A stretch of DNA of 64,000 bases from Auanema rhodensis (Eukaryota > Animalia > Nematoda): positions 9,238,001 to 9,302,000 of the forward strand of contig OZ059895.1 in the NCBI GenBank assembly GCA_964057225.1, in the 5' to 3' direction. The translations under genes were made by a program, and so were the position numbers. Every line of letters starts with the position of its first letter. Positions within the stretch are counted from its first letter, which is position 1. A model generated the notes under the pieces. That model did not search any database. It had not been told where the DNA came from and saw only the letters and a list, made by a program, of their open reading frames with translations. This document shows positions 12,746 through 27,600 of the stretch, piece after piece.

Positions 12746-14930
12746 TCAAATTCGTACTGACTTGAAGACTGGCTCTTCAAAAACGTTGAACGTTTTATTT
12801 GCTTTTGATACTTGTGCTTTCTTGCTGTTATTTAATACCAATTCCAAAGCTCCAATAGTTTGACAAATCTAAAAAAATTGTTCCTAACAACATTTTTTGA
12901 GAAAGAAGACAGACTTGTGATTGTAAATGGAGTTCTTTCGTCAAAAGATCGTTAATTTTTTGCATTCCTTCCAATACTTTAGGCTCGACATCTTCCTTAG
13001 CATATACTTCTATAAATATTAAATAATCATTGTTTGGCTCAGAGATATACGAACCGAAAAATGAATAAGCTACGACAGAAAGAATCTCAAAATAATTATT
13101 TTTCATCATGAACCTATTTAAAAACCTGCAACAATTTTAACTTCATAAACATATCGGTGTAAATCGTACTTCAAAAGGTTGGTCTGGACCAATGTAGGAT
13201 GTCCGGCTAAAGCTGCTTTCAAGGCATTTCTATGAATTAACTGTCTCAGCCAACCAACAACTTGCTGATATTGAGTTGAAACGTAGAAATCTAAGGAATG
13301 TATGAGTTTAAATACTATAATAAAACCATACTTTTGCTGAATAATACATGTATAATATCTCCATGACGGTAACCCTTCATCAAAATGTCTATTTTATCCA
13401 GTTTCTAAACAATTTTACAGTTAATAAAATAAATTTTTTTTTACCGGTTCAGAAGGAGTACTTTTACTTTTCTTTGTAGGCTTACTAGGTGCACTAGGTA
13501 AGACGGCAGGTGCAACAACATTTGAAGTAGTTTCTAAAAATTGATTAAGTCAATGAAGAAGGTGGGTAATGCACCTGTATATGTCTTTGAATTTCTCATA
13601 TGTACTGATAATAGATTGCCCATTCCTATAGCAATTCGTTGATTATCTTTAGATACAGCCATAGAATAAACTGGAGCTGCAACTGAGGTGGAATATGACT
13701 AAAAAGTAAACAAAAATAGGAAGCATGCCACATTAATAAGATTACCAATGAAAGTGTAGACATGTTATAGAAATTAATTCTTTTGTCAATTCCTGCAGAA
13801 ATAAAAGCATTTGATGCCATAGTTAAGGATGTAACAGTTTTATGGTGATGCTGAAGATTGGTCAACATATGTCCACTTGCAGTTAAATCCCAAACTCTGT
13901 ATAGTAAATAATAAAAAATATAAAAATAATCACGCTAACTTAACAGAATTTCCGGCAGCGGAAGCTACTAAGTTTTCACCCGGGAAGAAAGCAAGTTTTT
14001 CAACTGGCAATCCTACATCAATGTCTATGGAAGCACCATCGGCTGCACAACATCTTGTATCCCATAGTTTAATCTATACAAGGGGATTTGAAAATAAATG
14101 CGTAAATGAAATTACCTTATGATCATATCCACCAGAAATTATTAGATGTTCATTAATAGAAGATACAAGACCAGTACGAATAAAATCTTTGTGAGCTGAA
14201 AACTCTTGAATAGGCTTCGACCTAAAATATAGATAATGAAACAACTACTAAACTAAAAAATATGTTACGCTGTATTGGCTAAATCCCACAACTTAACAAT
14301 TCCGTCGTCAGCCATTGAAATTAACGTTTTTCCGCTTTGAGTGAAGTTCGAAACGCGAACAATATTATCACTAACTTTAATACTACGAAGAGGGGCCTAT
14401 AATAAAAGCATGTTATGCTCACAATGGATTTAGGTTAATTACTTTTCCCAAACCAGAAACATGGCAACAATCGAAGACTCTGATTTTGCCCTCATCTCCT
14501 CCAAGTGCTGAAGAAAATACGTTAAAATTATAAGTGAGCATAAACTAACTTAAAAGTTTTCCGTCTGCTCTAAAGCAGGCACCATGTACAGCTTTTTTAA
14601 ATCTGAAGGGATAAAATCAAATTAAAAATAAGAATCCAGAAAAATACCTAGAAAACAAATTCAGTGGTTCACATACAACAGCATCAAAAAGCGAAAGTCG
14701 AACAGAACTCGTAGTAGCTATCATGGGAGGATCAATCGGACAAAAATCTACAGAACTAACTTGACCCGGCTCTTGAAAGACCGACAATAACTTAAAAATC
14801 AGAGATTACTGTTATATAAATATTATTATTAGCCTGCCTGCATTTTTTTCCAATATAATGAAACATCGTCCAAGTAATTTTCCTGATTAGAAAAAGGAAT
14901 TCTACCCGCCGGTTGGTACACAAGAGTCAT
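12746..14930 (-). CDS. UTP15: U3 snoRNA-associated WD40 protein UTP15
   Basis: WD repeats (AHKDFIRTG, ISGGYDHKIKLWDTR, LQHHHKTVTSL), N-terminal YWKKMQ, UTP15-type C-terminal region (LIHRNALKAALAG). Confidence 0.85.
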
Positions 14931-15056
14931 CTTAAATACAAATTATATGAAGAAAAAAAAATAATGCTATAAATATATTAAAACGAAGAACATTGTAATA
15001 CTAAGAAAAAAACAACAATAACAATTTATACAATTAACAAATAAATCAACAACAAT

Positions 15057-18000
15057 TTAAAACGGATTTAATAAGTTCAAAGCCATTTCTTCTTCATCAC
15101 GTAATGTTCTAGAGGCCTTCTTTTTATTTTTCTTAGGAGATTTTGATACTTTTTCTTCGATTTGCTCTTCTTCCATTTCCTCTTTGATATCTTGAAATTA
15201 TAATATCATTACAGCAGAATTAACTCAAAAATTTTTACATTTTGGATTATCTGGATCTGGCAACCAATCCAAATCAACTGGGTCTTCATCGGATTCTTCA
15301 TTATCGAACTCATAGTCGGCACTTGCTGTTTTAGGTCCTGATTTCTTTTTTTCCAATTCCTTGATTCTTCTCTTCTTTTCTTTTAATGTCTTCTTATCCT
15401 TCTGTAAAGTTAATTTAATTTAATTTACAAACCGAATCAACGAAAACTCACAGCACTCTGTGCAGCCATGTTAACTTTAGCTTCTTCAATATCTAGACCA
15501 CTCTTTTCAACATCTTCTTCCATTTCTTGAACATTAGAAGCCTATAAAATTAATATAGTAATGGACATTTGAATAAAAAATTTACATCTTCTTCATCGAA
15601 GACAACACGCTTATTAGATACGACACCCTTCCTAAGAATTTTTTTGGCAAGAGCAATTTTGCTGATAGTTTTTGGATCATTTGTTTTTCGACCAATTTCA
15701 TCAAGATTGATCTGGAACATTGTTCTATGTAAACAAAATGTAAAAAAAAAGACAAAACCTCCTCTTTAGTATCGTTCAAAGCGTTAAATACATCTCTTTG
15801 CTTAATGGTGAATATATCATCATCAGCACCATTCGAAGTATCCTGCATATATCAAAAAAATTACATAATATTTTACAAACTCTAACCGTTTCTTCAATCT
15901 TGAAAGTAATTTCTTCAGTTTTAGGAACTTTAGTTTCTTTCTTATCCTGCTCCTGAACATATGAATAGTTAAATTTATATGTAAAGTACTATACTACCTT
16001 GTCTGCTTTCCTTTTTCGCTCTCTGAGGAAACGTACTTTGGGTGCAGCCAACAGCCCATGAGCGTTTGAGAGAGCCTCAACATCAATGCTGTTAACATCG
16101 AACACCTTTTTGTTTTTCATCAAGTAAATACTTTTTATATAAGCAACAATACTCTAAAAAATATCATACATAAAAATATAAGTGAATTTCAAGAAAATAC
16201 CCTTTGAGCAAACTCTTTGAGTTCAGAAAATTCTGCAAGAGTGGATTGCAACATCGGTCGCGCATCAAGTATCTTATCCTCATTTACTCTAAACATTTTA
16301 TGATCACAAAATGATTAATCAACTGCTTACTTTTGCTGCTCAATGGGAACATTATATTTCTTGAATAATGAACACATTGATTTTTCCTGTTCCTTAGTAA
16401 GGAAAAGGAGAGAACTACCTGTAGTGTCCATTCGAGCAGTACGCCCTACTCTAAAATAATCTAATATAATACACATATTACATAAATATATATATACCTA
16501 TGAATATAATCTTCCATTGTTGGAGGTGCATCAACTTGAAGAATCCAATCTATATCAGAAAAATCAAGACCTCGGCTTGCTACATCCGTTGCTATCATAA
16601 CAGCACGCTAAAAATTTCTCAGTTTGAATTTATGACAAAAAGATGAACGTCGTACCCTTGAATTTTCAAACTTCTGGAACACTTCTACTCTTTTAGATTG
16701 ATTCATTGTTCCCCATAGTCCCATAAGCACCACACCGGGTCGTAGATGACAGAAAGCATCCGTTAAGAATCTGGCCTACATCAATCATCATTTTTTATAT
16801 TTTTTCTTCTTCATTTTACCTGCTTACAATTTGTTACAAAAACTAATGTTTTTTGTTTAGTATGCGTTTTTATAAATGACCATAACATATTAATTTTTTG
16901 ATGCTCTTCAACAACCATATACGATTGTGATAGACCTTTTGGTGTACTTATCTCAGAATTAAGATGAGGATTTACAAAATAAGGATCCTTAAACATTCAT
17001 AAATTAATATAATTAATACACTTAGTAACTAACTTTAGCGCATACTCTACTTAAATCTTTGATACTTTTCGTTTGAGTTGCAGAAAACAGAAGAGTTTGT
17101 CGATCACGAGGTAAATTGTCCATTATAGAATTTAACTAAATAAAATTTTGTATACATAACCTCTTCTAATTTTAATTCTAACCTGGGTAGCGAAACCCAT
17201 ATCTAACATACGATCAGCTTCGTCTAGGGCTAATACTAAAAGATGATCACAAATAAGCTGTTCGTTTTCATCCATATGCTATATAATAAGAAATGTACCA
17301 AAACAAAATAAACAAAAAAACTCTACCTGTAACAATCGCCCAGGGGTACAAATTATTATATTAACTCTTCCTAAACGATTTCGTTCATATTTTAAATCGG
17401 TCCCTTAATAAATATAATTTTAAAAAAATTTAATAATTGAATACCTCCGATTAGCAAAGCACATGAAAAATCATGCCCTTTTCCAATATTATTTAAGCAT
17501 GTGAAAGTTTGAAGAGCTAATTCACGAGTTGGAGAAATGATCAATGCTCCTAAACCACACTGTGGCGACCAATAATTTCTCCACAAACATTCTAAAATCT
17601 TTAAAGAAACACATATAATAGTGTGAAAATAATTACCGGGATAAGCATAGCTAGAGTTTTACCGCTTCCAGTTTTTGCTGCAGCAACGACATCATGACCC
17701 AAGAGGGTTAGAGGGAGCGAATCTCGTTGAATATCGGTTGGATCATCGTAACCGCACTCGTCAAGACCCTACACATATAAATATATAAATGTATGTATAA
17801 ACGTATATGGAAATAAACCTACGTTTAATGTTTTATTGGAAAGAGGGTATTCCTTGAATGAAGCTTTGATAGATTGCAACTGAAAATAAATATTAAATAA
17901 TGTAATTGCTTATAAAGCTAACATGAGTAAGCGTATTATATTTGGAAGTTACATCCTCAATAGGCTGCTCCACCTCCCTCTTTTTTGCCTTACGCTTTGT

Positions 18001-18057
18001 CAAATAATCCCATCCTGTTCCTCCTCTTTCAGATTTTTTCAATTGTATATGAGACAT
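15057..18057 (-). CDS. DDX10: DEAD-box RNA helicase DDX10/Dbp4
   Basis: [71 protein letters not shown], acidic C-terminal LDWLPDPD motif typical of DDX10. Confidence 0.9.
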
Positions 18058-18562
18058 TCAAAGTTATCTAAAATCATATATTGAAACATATGATTTACCA
18101 ATTATTCTTAATTTTTATCGTACTGATAAAGGTTTTTTAATTCTTTTTAGTCACACAAGAAGTAAATATTAAAAATATAATCAAAAATTCGAAGAAATTA
18201 AATAATTCGCATGCTTTCATGTTATGTTAAACATGGGTCTCGAAACGATAATCACTTCTATGCACAGTTTGCAAGCTCCGCCCACTTAACAGGAGTCTCA
18301 TCGGATCTTGCTGAAAACAGAGCAAATTTGAACTACTTGTGTTCTACTTTCATTGCTTTTCATTTAAATATTCTCTTTAACTTTGATTGGCGAAATAAAG
18401 CTTACTCAATTATATGTAAATATATATGTATTTTTGAAATTAACTTGAAAATTTAAAATAAAATGAGTTCTAATTTCTCCGAATATCGACTTTTTAAGAT
18501 TTTAAGTTCATTGCTCATAGAATTTTTAGATATTTTGTAATGAGAACTAGAATTATTTGCGA

Positions 18563-21500
18563 ATGATGAGTGATGTTCAATCAATAGTATCCAAATATGA
18601 TCAAACTGTTGAAAAAATAGAGCAATTATTGAATCAAGTCAGAAGGGTAATTTCAAAATAATTCTGTCGACTTGCTCGTTAAATTTATTCTTTAGGAAAG
18701 AGATCAGATAGCTAAAAAAAGCAAAATTACGACCGATCGACGTGATATTTGTAACCAACGTTTGAGTAATTATGACGAATCAATTTGTTCATTCGAAAAT
18801 TGTGGGACATCGGCCAGTGTAGATTCAGTATCTGAAGTCTCCGCTGATGAAAAGTTCAACTCTGTCATATTCGAAAATCTGAATTTTCGTTTTCAGGGGT
18901 CCAACCACTTCTCATGATGCTTTTGAAACGTCATTAAAACAAAACAATAAGGATAGCAAAAAATATGTTAGACCCCATATTCTATAAGATCTTTGAAAAC
19001 TATTTTTTGAATATTAGAATAAGTTGTGTTATGCTAATTAATTTTTAGAAACCGAAAAGAACGTCAGAAAGGCTGGCCCGATCTCAAACGGCCTTGAAAT
19101 ATGTAGGCCAAATACCATATATTTTAAACTTATTTTTTCCTTCAGAAAGAAACCACCCCGGATATGAACGCTGATGATGCTAACACTCCAAGTGGTTCAG
19201 AGTTAAACAGCTTTTGTTTTCGTAGTTTACGCGTTCATTTCAGGGATAGTGTAGTTGATGAAGAAGATTTAGAAATACAAGAGCAGATTCGTCAAGAAAA
19301 AAAGAGTAAAAGGCACAATAAGAAATCTAATGAAGGAAAAGAGTCTGAAAAGGTGAAACCTTTTTGTATTCTAAATTCAATAGTTCTATGTTCAGAAAAA
19401 GTCAAAAAAGAGAATAAGTAGCGATACTGATTCTGATGTTGATCAATTATTGATCCAATCTAAAAGAGTTCTGCGTGGTCGTGCTCTGAGACGTCAAAGA
19501 AGTATGTTAACGTTCTTTTTGTAATAAAGGTATTGTTTTTTAGATGCCAAAAAGTCTGAGAGTCCTGAAGGAACACTAAATAGTGCAAAACGTCGAAAAA
19601 CTGAGGCATCAGTTCTTGATGAGGGATCTGATAATTCTGAAGAGGAGGAAGAGCAACCTCCAAAAACACCAAAAAGCTCAATTAAAGCTAAAAATGCTGG
19701 TTCTTCTGGACTGTCTAAAAGCTCTAAGGATTTGGAAGAGACTGTGCAAGAGGGTGAACTCAGGTGAGAAACTCCAATTTAATTTAAATTAATTTTGGCT
19801 GAGTTTAGTTGTAACTCTGAGGACGTCGAAGTTGAAGACGATGAGGCAGATGAAGAACCAATACAACGAAGACGTGCAGTGATAGGAAAGGTTTTCATAA
19901 ACATTTTTAATTTTTTGAATCGGGTTTCTTAAAGAAAACAACAACCTTGCTAAAAGTAAGCCGAATGCTCCTTTCCTCAGATTCTGAAGACGATGATCAA
20001 AATCTTAAAAAGAAGAAGAAAATGTTAGTTAAGATTATATTTTTAATGAGACATTCTATAATTTAGAATTCTCTCGGAGAGTGAAGGTTCAAATTCTGAA
20101 GAGCCCGAAGCAACAAATGAAGAGGTTTGAATGTTCAGAAAATGTGTATGTGTATGTATCTTTAATAGGAAATCCCTGAGCTTGACGATGTTCCAAAAAA
20201 AGGCAAAGGAACCACAAAAAAGATTATGGGCAAAGACAAGCTAACTAAAGAGACTGTTAATGCTGAAAAGGCTGAAAAGGTTCGAGTGTATTAATTATTT
20301 TTTAAATATTAAAGACATTTTAGGAACGGAGAAAGCGTTTGGAAGTAAAACAGAAAGAATTCAATGGTATTGAATTAGCGGATGGTACTGATTTGGCAAC
20401 GGCTTTATCAGGCAATTCTGCGATCCCTAAACTAAAAGTAAGTGTGTATAGTAATAACATATCTTTATTCTGATTTCCAGTCGGTCGTACTTGATCCTGA
20501 TAAGGATTCCGAACCACCAGTTCCTGTTGAAATTCATGCATCAATAGTAATAACTAATGCTTTAGTTTTATAATTCTAATGTCTTTTTAAGGTTCGTATT
20601 TTGAAACACCACCAAGCTGAAGGCGTTCAATTCATGTATGATAGTGCATTTGAATCGGTTTCTCGTTTGGATCACGAAGGCGGAGGAGGTATTCTAGCTC
20701 ATTGTATGGGTCTTGGAAAAACGTTGCAAGTAAAGAAATTCAAATGTTTTTTTTTTAACTCTAATGGCTTTTTAGGTGATTACATTCCTACACACGGTTA
20801 TGAACCACCCAAAAGTAGGAAAGAAAGCGCGAACTGCTTTAGTAGTTGTTCCTAAAAATGTAGTAATAAATTGGTTTAAAGAGTTTAAGAAATGGCTCGA
20901 TGATAATGATCCCGCTCTTGCTTCAATTGGAGTAATATTTAAACCAACATTTATTTTAATTTTTAATACATTTAGGTATTCGAGCTCGATTCTTTTAAAA
21001 CATATACAGATAGGCATTTAGCATTAAAAAATTGGCACACTAGTGAAGGTTAGATTCTTTTTTTTTTCAATTTTCCTATTTGAAACATTTTTCCAGTACC
21101 TACTGTTATGATAATTGGATATGATATGTTTCGTATTTTAACCCACGACGAAGAAGATAATAAAAAGAAAAAAACTAAAAAGATAACTAAGAAAAATAAA
21201 CGATTGGCTAAGCTACAAGCTGATTTTCGATCTTTCTTGCAAGATCCCGGTATTTTATTAAAAGTTAGCCGATTTAACTATTTCGAAATATAGGACCAGA
21301 CATTGTTGTATGCGATGAAGCTCATAAGCTCAAAAACGACGAGTCTGCTTTATCTCGTACAATGGTAAAGATCAGAACAAAGCGAAGAATTTGTCTGACA
21401 GGAACTCCGTTACAAAATAATCTGATGGAATGTGAGTTTTTAGCTCTGAAATTTACTTTTTCCTCATATAAACGTTGTAGATCATTGTATGGTGAATTTT

Positions 21501-24147
21501 GTGAAACCAGGTTTACTTGGAACTAAGGCTGAATTTGCTAATAGATTCGCTAATATAATCACTAGGTTTGGTAAATAAGTTTTTTTCTCATTTTTGTTTT
21601 CTATTTTAAGGGGACGAGTTAAAGATGCTACTTCTCTAGAGGTGAAATTTATGAAAAGAAGATGCCACGTGTTGTTCGAACATTTGAAAAAATGTGTTGA
21701 CGTATGTTTGAGATTAGTTAAGCGAAAAATTGTTTATAAACTTTCAGAGAAAGGATTATCGCGTTCTAATGGACGCAATTCCGCCAAAGCAAGAATATGT
21801 TATTAATGTCCGTATGACGGATAGACAGTGCAAGCTATACAAGTTGATTAAAACGGAAATTCTTTTGTTTAGTACTAATTTTCAGAGCTTTCTTAGAGAG
21901 CATTGTGAACAGTGATAATGGAGGTCTCTCTAAACGCCTTTTACCTGATTATCATGTTTTATCTCGAGTGTGGACTCATCCCTACCAATTAATTGTTCAT
22001 GAGCAAAAACAGGAGCGAGATGTATAATGTTATTTGAGAACGTTTAAATATTTACATCATTTAGCGTCTTTTACGTGATGAATTGGAAGAAGACGAAGAT
22101 TTTATTGATGATGGAGAAAGTGGTTCCGAAGTTGATACTGAAGGAAACGACGAGAGTGAGGACTCTGATGTTATTCCATTGTCAGTTTTCTTGTTTCCAA
22201 TCTCTAACTTTTTGTCTATTCAGAGATAACGATGTACAGTCAAAAGATCAGAGGAAATCTAAAAGATTATGTGGAGAATCGCCAGAACTTGATGGTAGTA
22301 CCACTCCACCTGAATATTCTGGATGGTATGTTTTTCTCTAGTGTTATCAATTTTTATTTTGTGTTTAGGTTTTCTAGTACTGGATTAGTTTCTGAAGATG
22401 ATAAAATTGATTTCAAGTTAAGTAATAAGCTTGTGCTTCTTTTCTCTATCATTCGTAAATGTGAAGAAATTGGTGACAAATTGTAAGATTTGTTCGACAC
22501 TTAATTAATTCATACATTTATTTAAGACTTGTTTTTTCACAATCACTTGAATCACTTAGTCTTATTAAACGCATGTTAGAGCATCTCTCTTCTACGGGTC
22601 AATGGTACAGCGATGGGCATGAAGCTGTGAAATCTGCTGGAGAAGTAGTAAAATCTTCATTAGCCAATTTTATAATTGTTTTGTTAGAATTGGGCTTGGA
22701 CCGAAGGAAAAGATTACATGGTAATTGATGGATCTGTACAATCTGTGAAACGTGATGCAGTACAGAGCACTTTTAATAATCCGGACAACTTGCGAGCCAG
22801 GTATGCTATTTTTGGATTTATATTCATAATATGTTTTCTCTTGTAGATTAATGTTAATTTCTACACGAGCTGGTTCATTAGGAACTAATATGGTTGCAGC
22901 TAATCGTGTAATTATTTTTGACGCTTGTTGGAATCCTTCTCATGACACACAATCTTTGTTCCGAGTTTATCGTTTTGGTCAAACAAAACCTGTATATATT
23001 TACAGGTTCATTGCTCAGGTTTGGAGGGAATTATAATGTCACTATTTTTGTTTTTAAGGGAACAATGGAAGAAAGAATTTATAAAAGACAAGTAACGAAA
23101 GAGTCTACTTCAATGAGAGTTGTTGATGAAGCTCAAATTCAACGTCACTACGATGGCCATGATTTATTGGAATTGTACAGGTTAGTTCAACTATTTAAAT
23201 AGTATATTCAATAATCTTACATCGGCTATCCCTCTTACAGGTTTGATCCGGATGAGTTGAAAGAAGAAGATCAGGATAAAAGACCTAGTTTTGCACCACC
23301 AAAGGTATTATTATGATCATAGTGTATTACGTCATTTGGGATTTCAGGATCGATTGTTAGCCGAAGTTCTTCTTAACGAAAAAGATTCTGTGGTTAATTA
23401 TTTCCAACACGATACTCTATTTGCGCATGTTGAAGAAGAAAAACTGACAAATGATGAGTTGAAAGAGGCATGGGATGAGTATGAAAAAGACAAGGCAAGC
23501 ATTTGAAAAGATTCAATATCATCATAAACTTTTAGTTGTATCCTGGTGGCTTCCGAGGTGTACCTCTTGCAAATGTGAATGGCATGTTGCATCCGATGGG
23601 GGCTCGACAGTTAGAAGCACAAAAACAAGCCCTTGCTATACAGCAACAACGACAAACGGTTTTTGTTTCACCTTTCTCTATTTTTTATAATACTAATATT
23701 AAGGCTTTGCAATCTTTAAATCAAGACCCCGTATTTATGAATTGTTTTACTGTTAGAGGTATGGATAATGATACAGCTATGAAGGTATGAATACTATTAT
23801 TTATTATTATATATAATAATGTCTTTAGGTAACTTATCTGAAAAAGGCTCTCGAGGATTTGTTACCAAAGATACCTGATGATATGAGAGGAGGAATAGTT
23901 GAATTCAATTCATTCTTTTTAAATTTCATCACAGTTAGTTTACAAACTTTTCTTCTCCTCTATTCGTACCTTTCAGCAAGCCAGCGAAGGAGGTCATAAT
24001 TCCTCATGGCTTTTAAACAAGGCAGTCGCAACTTTCCGCACTGTTGTCAAAATGGTACGAGATATTCCAAGTTGTCGACCAGTATTGAGGCATTTGTACG
24101 GAACAACAAGTCAATTTTTCGATCCCACCGAGCCTCCTCCAATATAA
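18563..24147 (+). CDS. xnp-1: ATRX-family SNF2 chromatin remodeller
   Basis: [87 protein letters not shown]; acidic low-complexity N-terminus. Start codon tentative. Confidence 0.92.
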
Positions 24148-24650
24148 TAAAGGTGTGGATAATGTGATCGTTATAATATCTACTGGCAATAGGAGTATTG
24201 ATTGTTTTTTCATTTCGTTTTACTCGCAGGACTGGTTTTAAAGTTGCATGATGTTCTTTCTTATATAGCTTGACGCTTGCTTTCTTGATCTCATCATTTA
24301 TCCTTTCCTGATTTCAAAGTTTTGCTTACCAGAGACATTGTTCTAAGCTTTTGAAGAAGGGTCTTCTGTTAAATACTTATGACTAATCTTACTATCCCGA
24401 GTTAAAATCAGTCAAACTGTAGTATTCAGCAATTGTTTTCTATAGCCTTAATCTTTTTTCCCAGTATTTCTTATTCACTTTAACTTTGGCCCATGTTCTA
24501 CAATTTCTGTAAAAAGCAAATTGTCTTATAAATATCTTATTTAAATTCCTGTCATTGAGCGATACTATGGAGAGCCCGTTTTGGTTCCGACCTACATAAA
24601 ATACACGCTGTGTAAAAACACAACAAAATAGCACGTTTTCTCTTATTCTG

Positions 24651-27600
24651 CTAAAGCCTCTTCAAAATTCCACCAGAGCTAAAGATAGAACCACCGGTTA
24701 TGCCAGCTAAACCGTTAGCGTCTGTACTCGGAATGGATGTTAATTGCTGCATGTTTCCAGGTGATAACTGAATAAATGAATGGTTATTATCAACAAATTT
24801 ATCTATCCGTCTTACCGCATTCCTTGTTACAACTCCTTCAGAAGAAGTTAGAAAATTACTTGAGACAGCTGTGCGAAGCGGAGAAGCCAGTTGCCTTAAA
24901 AAAAGTGAGAGTTAGCCAATTGTGCAAAAATGTGTTAAAATGTACTTTTGACATTCATTTCCATAGAATACACTGTAGTTTACCCAATCATCATTATTTC
25001 TCCGTTCCTAAAGGAAAAATATTAATAGAATACTTGATTTCACTTCAGTTTCAAAAGTTCAAAAGATAATTTTTCCGCACTGTCGTGTACAAACCATATG
25101 ATTATCGGAACCTGACTGACAGAAACTACGGAGGGTTAAGCCTTTTCTTCGGCAATATTGAGCAAAATCTTGTTCAACCTATAACAAGAAAAGGAAATTG
25201 GCCAACCTTGGAGAAATATCTCATAGATAGAGGGTAATAGTTCAACTTAGAAACAACACTACAGCATGCACTATCATCATCATCATCATAGTTACTTAGC
25301 GGCTTCTCCTGCAGACAGGTGACCGTGAGAACAAACAACATCAAGCAATAAATAAGAATTCAAACAAGTAAATTGCATGTTAATACATAGCACTTCGGTG
25401 CATGTTACTCAGCCAAATATGCTCGTTTAAGTGACAAAAACAACTAAAAGGTTTTCACATCATAAAACCAATTATGTATTTAACTATATATGATGATGAT
25501 GATAATCTTGTGAAATTTAACGAAACACTCAAGAAAAGCAGATGCCACAATGTGTTTGTCACAATAAAGCTAATTATTGAATAATACTTAGCATAAGTTT
25601 GGTTTAAAATTATAAATAGTAGCATCAAACAACATTTAAATATATGAATCATAACATACCTGTAGCTTTGCTTTGAGAACTTTCAAAGAAAAATCTAAAT
25701 CTCTAGTTCCGGGTACACCAGGTTCTCCTAATTTAGGAGCAATATATCCATCTAAGGAATCAATTGATTCTGATCTTTGCACTTTTCGAGGCTGGCTAAC
25801 TAAGTGCAAACCGATGTTAACTTGGCCTCGACCGGTAAGTATCTATAAAAAAATTATTAAAACTAGAAGAAATTAAATAAAAGAATATACATTTTGTTTT
25901 TCTATACGTATGGATCGTTGTTGTTGATTTTCGTCTGATGTTGAAGGAAAGTCTCTAAAAAGAAGAAGAAAATACTGAGAATTATATTAGAAAATACTAT
26001 AACTTTTTTAAAACTTCAGAAAAACGTGTTTTAATATTAATGGATTCTTACAATAAAATGTTAATGTTCCAGTAAAACTCACGTGCTAGTTGAAGCGTCA
26101 CATAGTACACGGTGTTTAACAGAATTTCGATCTGACTTAGCTGCGTCAAACTCTTCTTTCAAAGCGAAGGCTGTATTCTCATCCAATTCTTTTTCTACTT
26201 CAGACAATTGAGTTTCACGACACTCAGCATTGGCAAGAGAAGCACTGAGAGAAATATCAGCTTGAGGAGTTTGAAGAGGGACAACGGGTAAATCATTTTC
26301 AATCATAAATGTTTTACGCGAAAGTTCCATTAAAACTGCTGAAGGTACATCTACCTCAACACTATTGGAATTATTCTGAAACATGATATGTGGAATATGA
26401 AATATCTGCAATAAAATGAAAACGAATTGATAAGACTTACAATACATGTATCCCTAAGGTTTAAATGAAAATTCTCAGGCTTGACACTGCGATAAGATGT
26501 TGGTGCTGATATAATTCCAGTATCAGAGTTTTCTAACTCAGAGGCAAGAGAATCATACACGGAATCGAACGATCGACTTCTGAAATTGGTTGAGCACATT
26601 GGTTGAAAATTATTTTTTTTAGTTACCGATGAGGAGCTTGTTGGCGGAATTTAATCAATTCTTCCTCTGCTTCGTAAAACATGCTCTTCATCTCCAAATA
26701 GTCGTTCTTAAGAAAAAAATTGATGAAAACAGAGCTTCAATTTCAAACTCAAACCTGTAAAATTTGCATCTCAGAAAGAAGAGAACATTGTCGATCTGAT
26801 GCATCATCTAATTGTTTTGAAATTTCATCATTGATACTCAAAAGCTGAAATTGGAAAATTAAAACTAAAAAATGAAATGATATAAATTACTTTTCTCTCT
26901 TTACTATGTCTCAATGCAATTTCATGTAACAACTTTTCAATTGACTGTGATTGTACCGTGCATTCTTCACTTTTTAATTGAATGGCTGATTGTAATCCTT
27001 CAATCTAAGAAAAAAAATAATTTAAACTCAAAAATCAGAAAATACTTTTTCATTTGCTGCCTCTACTTGCTTCATCAAGTCGGTCATCTGTTTTCGAGAT
27101 TTTTCATCTACACCATCAACTTCTTTTTGAAGTGTATTTGTCTAGAAGATAGGAAATAAAAACAAAATTTAATTGTTGGCTTACTTCATTTCTTAAACGT
27201 CTATTTTCTGAAAGAAGTTTATCAATTCTCTGCCGTAAGGAAGTATCATCATTTCTACAATTTCAGAACTTTAAAAAGCATTTACGAGACACAAACTATA
27301 CCCCATCGCATCATCATCATCATAGTAAGAATAAACCCGTAATAATTCAATTCTTTTATGAAGCTCATGATTTAACTGGACAATAGTTTCGGCACTTGAG
27401 GCCAAATTTTCTTCTAAAAACTCATTTCTGAAAGAAACAGCAATGCTTTATCAAAAATGGCAATGTATAACCTTGTTTGTAGCTCCCTGTTCTGTTCTAA
27501 TAATGATTGACCAATCTGGGCGGCAAGTTCAAGATCCCTCTCGGCCTAAAATGGAAAAAAAACATGTTCGATGACAACATCTGCATTTCCTTGCTAATTC

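Noticed and set aside
18563-20300. ATRX lacking the ADD zinc-finger domain
   Set aside because: Known property of nematode XNP-1, so not novel.
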